Positions 1 through 7,471 of a DNA stretch of 64,000 bases are shown one piece after another. The DNA is from an uncultured Gemmatimonadales bacterium (GTDB lineage: Bacteria; Gemmatimonadota; Gemmatimonadetes; Longimicrobiales; RSA9), in the NCBI GenBank assembly GCA_963783305.1, contig CAWAMW010000007.1, forward strand, positions 512,001 through 576,000, written 5' to 3'. The notes beneath the pieces are model-generated. The model was not told the origin of the DNA. It saw only the letters and a program-made list of their open reading frames with translations, and searched no databases. Positions within the stretch are counted from its first letter, which is position 1. Each line of letters opens with the position of its first letter. The translations under genes were made by a program, and so were the position numbers.

Positions 1-160
1 CCTCTATGGTGAGCTCCTCGGCCTCCGCCCTACCACGGCGGAGATGGTCCGGCTGGGCGTCTTCAAGGCTTTGCACGACCGGGAGACCCACAACGTCGAG
101 CTCATCCGCCCGGGGGGTGCCATCCCGTACCCGCTGCGACGAGCCGAGACGGACGGCTGA
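1..160 (+). CDS. 3' end of an unidentified gene (partial)
   Basis: Frame from nt 2 is open to TGA at 158-160 with GC-rich third positions (LYGELLGLRPTTAEMVRLGVFKALHDRETHNVELIRPGGAIPYPLRRAETDG*). Confidence 0.55.
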   Translation, partial: LYGELLGLRPTTAEMVRLGVFKALHDRETHNVELIRPGGAIPYPLRRAETDG

Positions 161-394
161 GCCGATCCACGACCATTTCCGGGTCAGCTGGTAAGCGGCT
201 CGAGACCCTCCAGCGGCCCTACCAGCAGGCAGATCGAGCCACTATGTTGCGTGTCGTTCTGGAGGCGAGTGAGCCTCGAGAGGCCAGGTAGTAGCATGAT
301 CCCAACATGCACACTACCATGAACACCCCTTCAGAACAGCAGGATCGGCAGTAACGCGCAGGAACCGCGGAAGGACGCGGAGCAACACACATTT

Positions 395-468
395 CGGGGC
401 GTAGCGCAGTCCGGTAGCGCACCTGCTTTGGGAGCAGGGGGTCGCCGGTTCGAATCCGGCCGCCCCGA
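395..468 (+). tRNA. tRNA-Pro(UGG)
   Basis: Acceptor CGGGGCG/CGCCCCG, anticodon arm CCTGC-TTTGGGA-GCAGG, T-loop GTTCGAATC; CCA not encoded. Confidence 0.97.
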
Positions 469-478
469 CTCGTGCAAG

Positions 479-517
479 ACAGAGAGCCGCAGGGACTTGA
501 CCCCTGCGGCTCTCTGT
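479..517. terminator. Hairpin between convergent tRNA-Pro and MDR gene (probable bidirectional terminator)
   Basis: Perfect 16-bp inverted repeat ACAGAGAGCCGCAGGG / CCCTGCGGCTCTCTGT with 7-nt loop. Confidence 0.75.
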
Positions 518-536
518 GTCTCGAGCTCAGGGGAGA

Positions 537-1502
537 TCAACGGCTCCCGGGCTCGGACACCCGGAGCACGACCTTCCCACGGCCGTGGCCGGTGTCGAGA
601 CGCTCGTGGGCGCGGCCCACCTGCTCCAGGGGGAGCACCTCATCGACGAGCGCGCGGACGGCGCCGCTCTCGAATACCGGACGCATCTCGTTCAGCCTTT
701 CCCGCTCACGGGTGAGAAAGACGCCGTACAGGGCGATGTTCTTCTGGTACAGAAGCCCCAGGTCACCCTGCGGCGGGAGGATGCAGGCCACCCGGCCGTG
801 GGGCCGCACGGCCGGTAGGGACCGGCTCACCAGGTCCGACCCCTGGATGTCGAACGCCGCGTGCGCGCCCTGGCCGTCCGTGGCCTCGAGCACCGCCTCC
901 ACCACGTCGGCGGTGGCGTAGTCCAGCGCCACGTCGGCGCCCAGCTCCTCCAGTGTGGACTGGTTCGATGCGCTGGCCGTGGCAATGACTCGGGCGCCCG
1001 CGGCCCGGGCCATCTGGACGGCGAAGGAGCCGACGCCGCCGGAGCCGCCGTGAATCAACACGGTCTCGCCCGGCCGGAGCCGGAGTCGACGTACCACCGC
1101 CTCCCAGGCAGTCCCGCCCGCCAGCGGGATCGCGGCAGCCTCCGTCCAGTCCACCCCGCGGGGTTTCCGTGCGACGATCCCGGCCGCCGCCACGGTGTAC
1201 TCCGCATAGCTCCCTGAGGGGTTTCCCGGGATCTCCGGCGTGTAGTAGACCTCGTCGCCCGGCTCCAGGTCCGCCACGCCCGCCCCCACCTCCTCCACCA
1301 CGCCGGCCACATCGTACCCCAGGACCACCGGCGGCTTCAGCCCCGCCCACGAACCATCCTGACGGAGCTTGGCGTCGACGGGGTTAGTCCCCGACACCAC
1401 CACGCGGACCAGCACCTCGCCCGCGCCAGGCCTCGGACGCTCCACTTCCCGCTCCTCGAAGAGCTCGGGACCGCCGAATGACGGAAGGACCATGGCTCGC
1501 AT
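537..1502 (-). CDS. Medium-chain dehydrogenase/reductase, NADPH:quinone oxidoreductase-like
   Basis: Start MRAMVLPSFGGPE with AGGAGG SD upstream; motifs NPVD, LGYDVAGVV, HGGSGGVGSFAVQMA, GKVVL. Confidence 0.9.
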   Translation of the reverse strand: MRAMVLPSFGGPELFEEREVERPRPGAGEVLVRVVVSGTNPVDAKLRQDGSWAGLKPPVVLGYDVAGVVEEVGAGVADLEPGDEVYYTPEIPGNPSGSYAEYTVAAAGIVARKPRGVDWTEAAAIPLAGGTAWEAVVRRLRLRPGETVLIHGGSGGVGSFAVQMARAAGARVIATASASNQSTLEELGADVALDYATADVVEAVLEATDGQGAHAAFDIQGSDLVSRSLPAVRPHGRVACILPPQGDLGLLYQKNIALYGVFLTRERERLNEMRPVFESGAVRALVDEVLPLEQVGRAHERLDTGHGRGKVVLRVSEPGSR

Positions 1503-1598
1503 GCACCACCTCCTGGAACGGGATGACAGGGTGTGGCAAGCGGCCGGAAGAGGCGTGCCACAGTGAGGCCGGCCCGCTCCTTGCCCCGCCTGCGAACC

Positions 1599-2459
1599 AT
1601 GCAGATCGACCACGATCCCACGCGCCCGGGCTGGCCCCTGATCACCCTCGCTGCCCTCGCCGGGGGGGCCGCTCTCGCCGCGCTTTACGCCGCCGTCATC
1701 GAGCCGCGCCGCCTCGAGATCCGGCGCTCCCGCATCCACGTCCGCGGGCTCCCCGCCGACCTGGAGGGGCTCCGCATCGCGCTGCTCTCCGACTTCCACG
1801 CCGGCCGCCTCACGCCGCCTTCCGTCCTGCGCCGCGCCGCCCGCGCCACCATGGCCGCCCAACCAGACCTCATCGCCCTCGCCGGCGACTTCGTGGACCG
1901 CGACGCCAGCGACCTCGACCGCGCCCTCGACGCACTCCGCCAGCTCCGGGCACCCCTCGGCGTCTACGCCGTGCCCGGCAACCACGACCATGTCCATGGC
2001 GGCCTCCCCGCATGGATCCGCACCATGAGGAAGGAGGCGCGCCTCCACGACCTCACCAATCGCTATGTCCTTATCCACCGCGGCGACGCCACGCTCTGCG
2101 TTGCGGGCGTAGACGACCTGGAGGAGGGAACCCCGCGGCTCGTTCTCCCACCCGCCGGAGACCGCGACTTTACTCTCCTCCTCGCCCACAACCCCGACCA
2201 GGCCGAGCAGAGCCGTCGCAGCGCCGACGCCATCGACCTCATCGTCTCCGGCCACACACACGGCGGTCAGATCCGCATTCCCACCATCGGCCCCGTCCTC
2301 CGCAAATCTCCCATCTACGACGAGGGACTCCGCCGCCGCCCCTGGACCCAGGTCTACACCTCCCGCGGCCTCGGAACCACCTTCCTCCCCCTCCGCTTCC
2401 ACGCCCCCCCCGAACTCGCAATCCTAGAACTCACCTCCACCCCTCGCCCCCCCGCCTGA
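1599..2459 (+). CDS. Calcineurin-like metallophosphoesterase (YkuE/YaeI type) with N-terminal TM helix
   Basis: Motifs SDFH, GDFVD, GNHD, HNPD, SGHTHGGQ, SRGLG. Confidence 0.92.
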   Translation: MQIDHDPTRPGWPLITLAALAGGAALAALYAAVIEPRRLEIRRSRIHVRGLPADLEGLRIALLSDFHAGRLTPPSVLRRAARATMAAQPDLIALAGDFVDRDASDLDRALDALRQLRAPLGVYAVPGNHDHVHGGLPAWIRTMRKEARLHDLTNRYVLIHRGDATLCVAGVDDLEEGTPRLVLPPAGDRDFTLLLAHNPDQAEQSRRSADAIDLIVSGHTHGGQIRIPTIGPVLRKSPIYDEGLRRRPWTQVYTSRGLGTTFLPLRFHAPPELAILELTSTPRPPA

Positions 2460-2461
2460 CT

Positions 2462-2682
2462 CCACCCTGCGAGCGCAGCCGAACCACCCTGCGAGCGCAG
2501 CCGAGCCACCCTGCGAGCGTAGCGAGCCATACTGCGAGGCGCAGCCGAGCCACCCTGCGAGCGTAGCGAGCCATACTGCGAGGCGCAGCCGAGCCACCCT
2601 GCGAGCGTAGCGAGCCATACTGCGAGGCGCAGCCGAGCCACCCTGCGAGCGTAGCGAGCCATACTGCGAGGCGCAGCCGAGC
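2462..2682 (+). repeat. Tandem array: two degenerate 22-bp units then four identical 44-bp units
   Basis: CCACCCTGCGAGCGTAGCGAGCCATACTGCGAGGCGCAGCCGAG at 2506, 2550, 2594, 2638; CCACCCTGCGAGCGCAGCCGAR at 2462 and 2484. Confidence 0.97.
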
Positions 2683-2690
2683 CGCCCCCC

Positions 2691-2720
2691 TTGACCCCAC
2701 CACCCCCCCGACCCTAAAGT
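2691..2720 (+). promoter_or_regulatory. Sigma70-type promoter of the tetR operon
   Basis: TTGACC (2691-2696), 18 bp, TAAAGT (2715-2720). Confidence 0.6.
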
Positions 2721-2749
2721 TAGACCACCCAGTCTAACCACCCGGTCTA
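2719..2749. promoter_or_regulatory. Putative TetR operator(s)
   Basis: Perfect palindrome GTTAGAC-N6-GTCTAAC (2719-2738) overlapping the -10/TSS, plus overlapping degenerate copy CTAAC-N6-GTCTA (2734-2749). Confidence 0.7.
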
Positions 2750-2768
2750 CACCGCAAGGGGAGCCGTC

Positions 2769-3410
2769 ATGGCCCGCGCTCGCTTCGACAACCTCGACCT
2801 CGACCGACAGGAGGCGATCCTTGCCGCGGCCGGAGAGGAATTCGCCTCCAACGGCTACAGCGGCGCGTCGTTGAACCGGATCATCGAGGCGGCCGGCATC
2901 AGCAAGGGCTCGCTCTATTATTATTTCGACGACAAGGGCGACCTCTTCGCCTCTGTGATCGACGAGACGATGGAGCGGCTCATCGGGGATATCGGCGGGT
3001 TCGCGCTCGACCGGCTCGATCGGGTCAACTACTGGGAGTCGGTGCGGGCGTTCGGGCTTCGCTCCACGGCGCTCATGAGCAAGGACGCCTGGTATGTCCG
3101 TCTCGCGCTGGCGTTCCCGCGCCTGAGGGACGACCCGGAGGCGGTGTCGGGGGTGCGCGCCGCGCTGGAGTGGAGCCGTCGTCTGACGAGGGACCTGCTG
3201 GCGCGGGGTCGGGAGCTCCAGGTGGTGCGCCGTGACCTCCCGCTGGGGCTGCTGGTGGAGGTGACGATGGCGGCGGATGAGGCGGGAGATCGCTGGATGA
3301 TGGAGCGGCTGGATGAGTACCAGGGCGATGCGTTGACGAAACTGGTGGAGGCGAGGATCGACATGATGCGCGACATGCTGGACGCCGACAACGAGGGGTG
3401 GGAATCATGA
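2769..3410 (+). CDS. TetR/AcrR family transcriptional regulator
   Basis: N-terminal HTH: ILAAAGEEFASNGYSGASLNRIIEAAGISKGSLYYYFDDKGDLF. Confidence 0.95.
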   Translation: MARARFDNLDLDRQEAILAAAGEEFASNGYSGASLNRIIEAAGISKGSLYYYFDDKGDLFASVIDETMERLIGDIGGFALDRLDRVNYWESVRAFGLRSTALMSKDAWYVRLALAFPRLRDDPEAVSGVRAALEWSRRLTRDLLARGRELQVVRRDLPLGLLVEVTMAADEAGDRWMMERLDEYQGDALTKLVEARIDMMRDMLDADNEGWES

Positions 3411-4168
3411 ATGCACGGGGACTGATCGGAGCTCTGATGGTGCTGGCCGTCGCCGGAGTAACGCCCGTCTCGGCCCAGCGGCTGCCCTCCATCGACGAGG
3501 TGGTGGACCACCTGGACGAGCTGTACCGGTCCAGCTCCTCGCACGCGACCATGACCATGACCGTGGTCCGGGAGCGGGGCACGCGGGAGCTGACCATCGA
3601 GAGCTGGTCGCGCGGAGAGGACGACGCGCTCATGGTGATTCGCTCGCCTTCACGCGAAGCGGGCACCGCAACGCTCCGGACGCAGGAGGGGCTGTGGAAC
3701 TACGCGCCGCGGGCCGACCGCCTCATCCGCATCCCGACCGGGCTCCTGTCCGAGAGCTGGATGGGGAGCCACTTCACCAACGATGACCTCATGCGGGAGA
3801 CCAGCTACGACGACGATTATGAGAGCGAGCTTTCTTGGGCGGAGCGGGACGGTACTCGCCACCTCCTGGTCACCATGACGCCGCGGCCGGAGGCGCCCGT
3901 CGTGTACACGCGCGTTCTCTTCTGGCTGACGCCCGAGGACTGGATCCCCGTCGCGGAGGAGTTCTACGACCGCGGCGAGCTCATGCGCGTCATGACCTTC
4001 GACGAGATCGAGGAGGTCGCGGGACGGAAGCTCCCCATGCGGATGACGCTGGTGCCCACGGACGAGCCGGATCAGCGGACGGTGGTCCGTTACAACGCGC
4101 TCGAGCTCGACATCCCGGTCGACGGCGACCTGTTCACTCGCCGCGGGTTGCGCCGGATCGCCCGGTGA
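3407..4168 (+). CDS. LolA-like outer membrane lipoprotein-sorting family periplasmic protein
   Basis: Signal peptide; SPSREAGTATL, LWNYAP, SWMGSHFTNDDL motifs; ATGA overlap with tetR stop. Confidence 0.8.
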   Translation: MNARGLIGALMVLAVAGVTPVSAQRLPSIDEVVDHLDELYRSSSSHATMTMTVVRERGTRELTIESWSRGEDDALMVIRSPSREAGTATLRTQEGLWNYAPRADRLIRIPTGLLSESWMGSHFTNDDLMRETSYDDDYESELSWAERDGTRHLLVTMTPRPEAPVVYTRVLFWLTPEDWIPVAEEFYDRGELMRVMTFDEIEEVAGRKLPMRMTLVPTDEPDQRTVVRYNALELDIPVDGDLFTRRGLRRIAR

Positions 4169-5469
4169 TCGCCTTCAAGCTCGGGCTCCGCAACCTCCTC
4201 CGGAACCGCTGGCGCAGCGCCCTGACGCTCGCCGCCGTGGCCGTGGCCGTGGGACTCATGGTGTGGACTCTGGGGTTCTACGAGGGCTGGATCCAGCAAA
4301 TGGTGCGCGGCGCGACGGGCGTCGAGAGCCTCCAGGTCCAGATCCAGACGGCCGGCCGCATCGAGGCCCCGCGCGTTTATGAATCGTTCGCCCTCGACGA
4401 CCAGGAGCTCCGCCGGATCCTCGCCGTACCCGGCGTCCAGGCCGTGACCCCGAGGGTCGAGCTCCATGGACTGCTCGGCAACGAGCAGCGCTCCCAGGTC
4501 GCACGCTTCGTGGGGGTCCGCCCCCAGCTCGAGGCTGCAGCCACGCCCGTTACCGCGGGGCTCACCGCCGGACGTTGGCTCGACCCGACGCCTCCCGAGT
4601 ACCCGGCGCCCCGCGAGACCGTCATCGGCGCCGGCCTGGCCCGGCAGCTCCACGTAGAACCGGGATCCGAGCTCGTCGTCTTCCTCGAGGCCGCCGATGG
4701 CTCCCTGGGCAACGAGCTCCTCCGCGTCGTCGGCGTGGTCCGGACCGGCAACACCGAGATCGACCGGATGACGGCCTACATGCACCTCGAGGACGCCCAG
4801 TACCTGGCCGCCCTCGATGGTCAGGTCCACGAGATCGCCATCAGGACGGCCGACCCCGATGATGCCATCGGCGTCGGCCGCGCCATCGCTGGCGCCCTCG
4901 GGCTCCGCGACTCCGCGCCCGAGGACGGAGCCGTAGAGCGGGGAGAGGTGGAGGCCGGCGAGCGCGTGGTCCGCCCGTGGCAGGAGATCAACCCGTCCAT
5001 GGCCCAGATGCTCGTACTCTTCCGCCAGTCGTACGGCTTCATGTACCTGCTGATCTACCTCGTGGCCGCCGTCGGCATCGTCAACACGCAGCGCATGAGC
5101 GCCATGGAGCGCCGCCGGGAGTTCGGCGTCATGCTCGCCATCGGGATGCGCCCTCGTCGCCTGTTCCGCACACTCGTCGCCGAGACGCTGGTGCTCGGGC
5201 TCGTGGGCGCCCTCATTGGCGCCGTCGGGGGCACCCTCCTCACCTGGTACCACGCCACCGCCGGGTTCGACATGACCCTGTTCACCGACCAGGCCAGCTT
5301 CTCCATGATGGGCGTCACCTTCAGCGACCGCATCTACTTCGAGCTCTGGCCCGGCGCCGTCATCCAGCCCGTGCTGGTCATGCTCTTCGTGGCCGCACTG
5401 AGCGGCCTCTGGCCCGCCATCCGCGCGGCCCGGATCGATCCGGCCCCCACCATCGCCGGGAGGACCTGA
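4165..5469 (+). CDS. ABC transporter permease, LolC/E-FtsX/MacB family
   Basis: GTG start overlapping previous stop; RNLLRNRWRSALT, ERRREFGVMLAIGM, WPAIRAARIDP. Confidence 0.92.
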   Translation: MIAFKLGLRNLLRNRWRSALTLAAVAVAVGLMVWTLGFYEGWIQQMVRGATGVESLQVQIQTAGRIEAPRVYESFALDDQELRRILAVPGVQAVTPRVELHGLLGNEQRSQVARFVGVRPQLEAAATPVTAGLTAGRWLDPTPPEYPAPRETVIGAGLARQLHVEPGSELVVFLEAADGSLGNELLRVVGVVRTGNTEIDRMTAYMHLEDAQYLAALDGQVHEIAIRTADPDDAIGVGRAIAGALGLRDSAPEDGAVERGEVEAGERVVRPWQEINPSMAQMLVLFRQSYGFMYLLIYLVAAVGIVNTQRMSAMERRREFGVMLAIGMRPRRLFRTLVAETLVLGLVGALIGAVGGTLLTWYHATAGFDMTLFTDQASFSMMGVTFSDRIYFELWPGAVIQPVLVMLFVAALSGLWPAIRAARIDPAPTIAGRT

Positions 5470-6710
5470 TGCTGCTCAAGCTGGCGTGGCGCAACCTCTG
5501 GCGGCACCGCACACGCACCCTCATCATGGGCTCCGCGGTCGCACTGGCGTATGCCCTCATGCTCGTCGGGATCTCGATCAATGACGACGGACACCAGCGG
5601 ATGGCACGGGAGGCCGCGAAGGCCGCCGGCGGTGATGTCCTGGTCCACGGCGCCGGCTACTGGGACAGCCGCGCCAGCGACATCATCATCGAGGACGGCC
5701 CGAACGTCCTCTCCCTGGTTCGATCCGTGGAAGGCGTGCAGACAGCGCTTCCCAGGATCCTCATCAGCGGCCTCGTCAGCACTTCCGCGGACAACCGACC
5801 GATCCTGCTCCAGGGGATCGATCCGGAGACGGAGAGGGTCCTCCATGACTACCACGAAGATCTCGTGGGCGGCACCTATTTCGTCGGTGAGCAGAGCGAC
5901 CCGCTGATCCTCGGAGCGCGGGCGGTCGAGCGCCTCGAGGCGGAGATCGGCGACCGGATCGTCCTGACCACCAGCGGTCCCGACGGGGAGATGACCCGGG
6001 CCCTCTTCCACCTGAGCGGGATCCTGGAGATGGGGACCCGGGAGCTGGACGAGTCCCTCGGCCTCACCACGATCGCGGCGGCCCGGCGCGCCCTGGGCCA
6101 TGAGACCATGTTGACCCAGATCGGCGTCCTCACCACCCAGGCCGCCGACCACGACCAGGTCGCCAGCGCCATCCGCAGCTCCGTCGACGCGGTCGATCCC
6201 GGCATGGAAGTGCTGCCCTGGGAGACGGCGATCCCGGAGATGGTTGGCCTCATCGAGATCGACGACGCCTTCGGCTACATCTACTTTGCGATCATCTTCG
6301 CCGTCGTCCTCTTCTCCATCACCAACACCTTCCTGATGGCCGTCATGGAGCGGGTCCGCGAGTTCGGCCTGCTGAACGCGCTCGGGCTGCGGGATGTCCG
6401 TATCGGACAGCTCCTCCTCGTGGAAAGCGTGCTCATGACGCTCCTTGCCATGGGCGCCGGCTTTCTCGTGGGTCTCGCCGGCCACCTGGCGGCCGCCCAC
6501 TGGGGGATCCCGCTCTCCTCCTACGGCATCGAGGAGATCGAGATATCGGGCGTGGACATGGCCGACCTCGTCATGTACAGCACCATCAATCCGCTGAAAT
6601 GGGGCATCGCCTCGGCACTCGTGGCCGTGACCACGGTCGCCTCCGCTCTCTACCCGGCATGGCGGGCCACGCGCCTGGCACCGGCTGAGGCCATGCGGTT
6701 CTACGAATGA
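5469..6710 (+). CDS. ABC transporter permease, LolC/E-FtsX/MacB family
   Basis: TGATG coupling; AWRNLWRHRTRT, ERVREFGLLNALG, YPAWRATRLAPAEAMR. Confidence 0.92.
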   Translation: MLLKLAWRNLWRHRTRTLIMGSAVALAYALMLVGISINDDGHQRMAREAAKAAGGDVLVHGAGYWDSRASDIIIEDGPNVLSLVRSVEGVQTALPRILISGLVSTSADNRPILLQGIDPETERVLHDYHEDLVGGTYFVGEQSDPLILGARAVERLEAEIGDRIVLTTSGPDGEMTRALFHLSGILEMGTRELDESLGLTTIAAARRALGHETMLTQIGVLTTQAADHDQVASAIRSSVDAVDPGMEVLPWETAIPEMVGLIEIDDAFGYIYFAIIFAVVLFSITNTFLMAVMERVREFGLLNALGLRDVRIGQLLLVESVLMTLLAMGAGFLVGLAGHLAAAHWGIPLSSYGIEEIEISGVDMADLVMYSTINPLKWGIASALVAVTTVASALYPAWRATRLAPAEAMRFYE

Positions 6711-6721
6711 GGAACAGAGCC

Positions 6722-7471
6722 ATGACCGACTCGCACACGACCACGACCGCTTCACCCGGCCTGATCGAAAACGGTGCTCTCATCCGCGCCCGGGGCCTCA
6801 CGAAGACATACCGGCAGGGCCAGGTCGACATCCCGGCGCTGCGGGGTGTGGATTTGGACGTGGGGGAAGGGGAGTTCACGGCTCTTGCCGGGCCCTCCGG
6901 GTCCGGGAAGACGACCCTTCTGAACATTATCGGCGCGCTCGACAGCCCCACCAGCGGAAGCGTCGAGGTCGCCGGGCGGGATGTGAGCAGGCTGGGAAAG
7001 GGCGAGGCCGCGGAGTTCCGGCTCGACACGGTGGGGTTCATCTTCCAGGCCTACAACCTCGTGCCGGTCCTCACGGCGTACGAGAACGCAGAATTCACAC
7101 TCCTGCTGCGGGGACGTCCAACGGCCGAGCGGCGAGCCATCGTGGTGCCGCTCCTCGAGCGGGTCGGGCTGGCCGACATGATGACCCGCAAGCCCCACGA
7201 GCTCAGCGGCGGTCAACAGCAGCGCGTGGCCGTGGTGCGCGCCCTGGCCACGCACCCGTCGCTCATCCTCGCTGATGAACCCACGGCCAACCTCGACAGC
7301 GAGACCTCGGCCGGCCTCCTGGACCTGATGCTGGAGCTCAACCGCGAGCTCGGCACCACCTTCGTCTTCTCCACGCACGACCCCACCGTCATCGACCGCG
7401 CCCGGCGCATCGTGCGCCTCGTCGACGGCCGCGTGCACGAGGAGGCCCGCGCCGACGGAGCCGGACCATGA
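6722..7471 (+). CDS. ABC transporter ATP-binding protein, LolD/MacB type
   Basis: GPSGSGKT, LSGGQQQRVA, ILADEPTANLD; GAGGA SD before ATG 6722 (alternative start 6707). Confidence 0.93.
   Translation: MTDSHTTTTASPGLIENGALIRARGLTKTYRQGQVDIPALRGVDLDVGEGEFTALAGPSGSGKTTLLNIIGALDSPTSGSVEVAGRDVSRLGKGEAAEFRLDTVGFIFQAYNLVPVLTAYENAEFTLLLRGRPTAERRAIVVPLLERVGLADMMTRKPHELSGGQQQRVAVVRALATHPSLILADEPTANLDSETSAGLLDLMLELNRELGTTFVFSTHDPTVIDRARRIVRLVDGRVHEEARADGAGP

Noticed and set aside
1503..2402. 300-aa N-terminal extension of the MDR enzyme in the ORF track
   Set aside because: It is the antisense shadow of the metallophosphoesterase; the real start is ATG 1502 with an AGGAGG SD.
2462..2682. CRISPR array or coding repeat (ORFs 2354-2662, 2424-2741, 2431-2703)
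   Set aside because: Units are contiguous and identical with no unique spacers and no cas genes; the 44-bp period is not a multiple of 3, so the ORFs are by-products.
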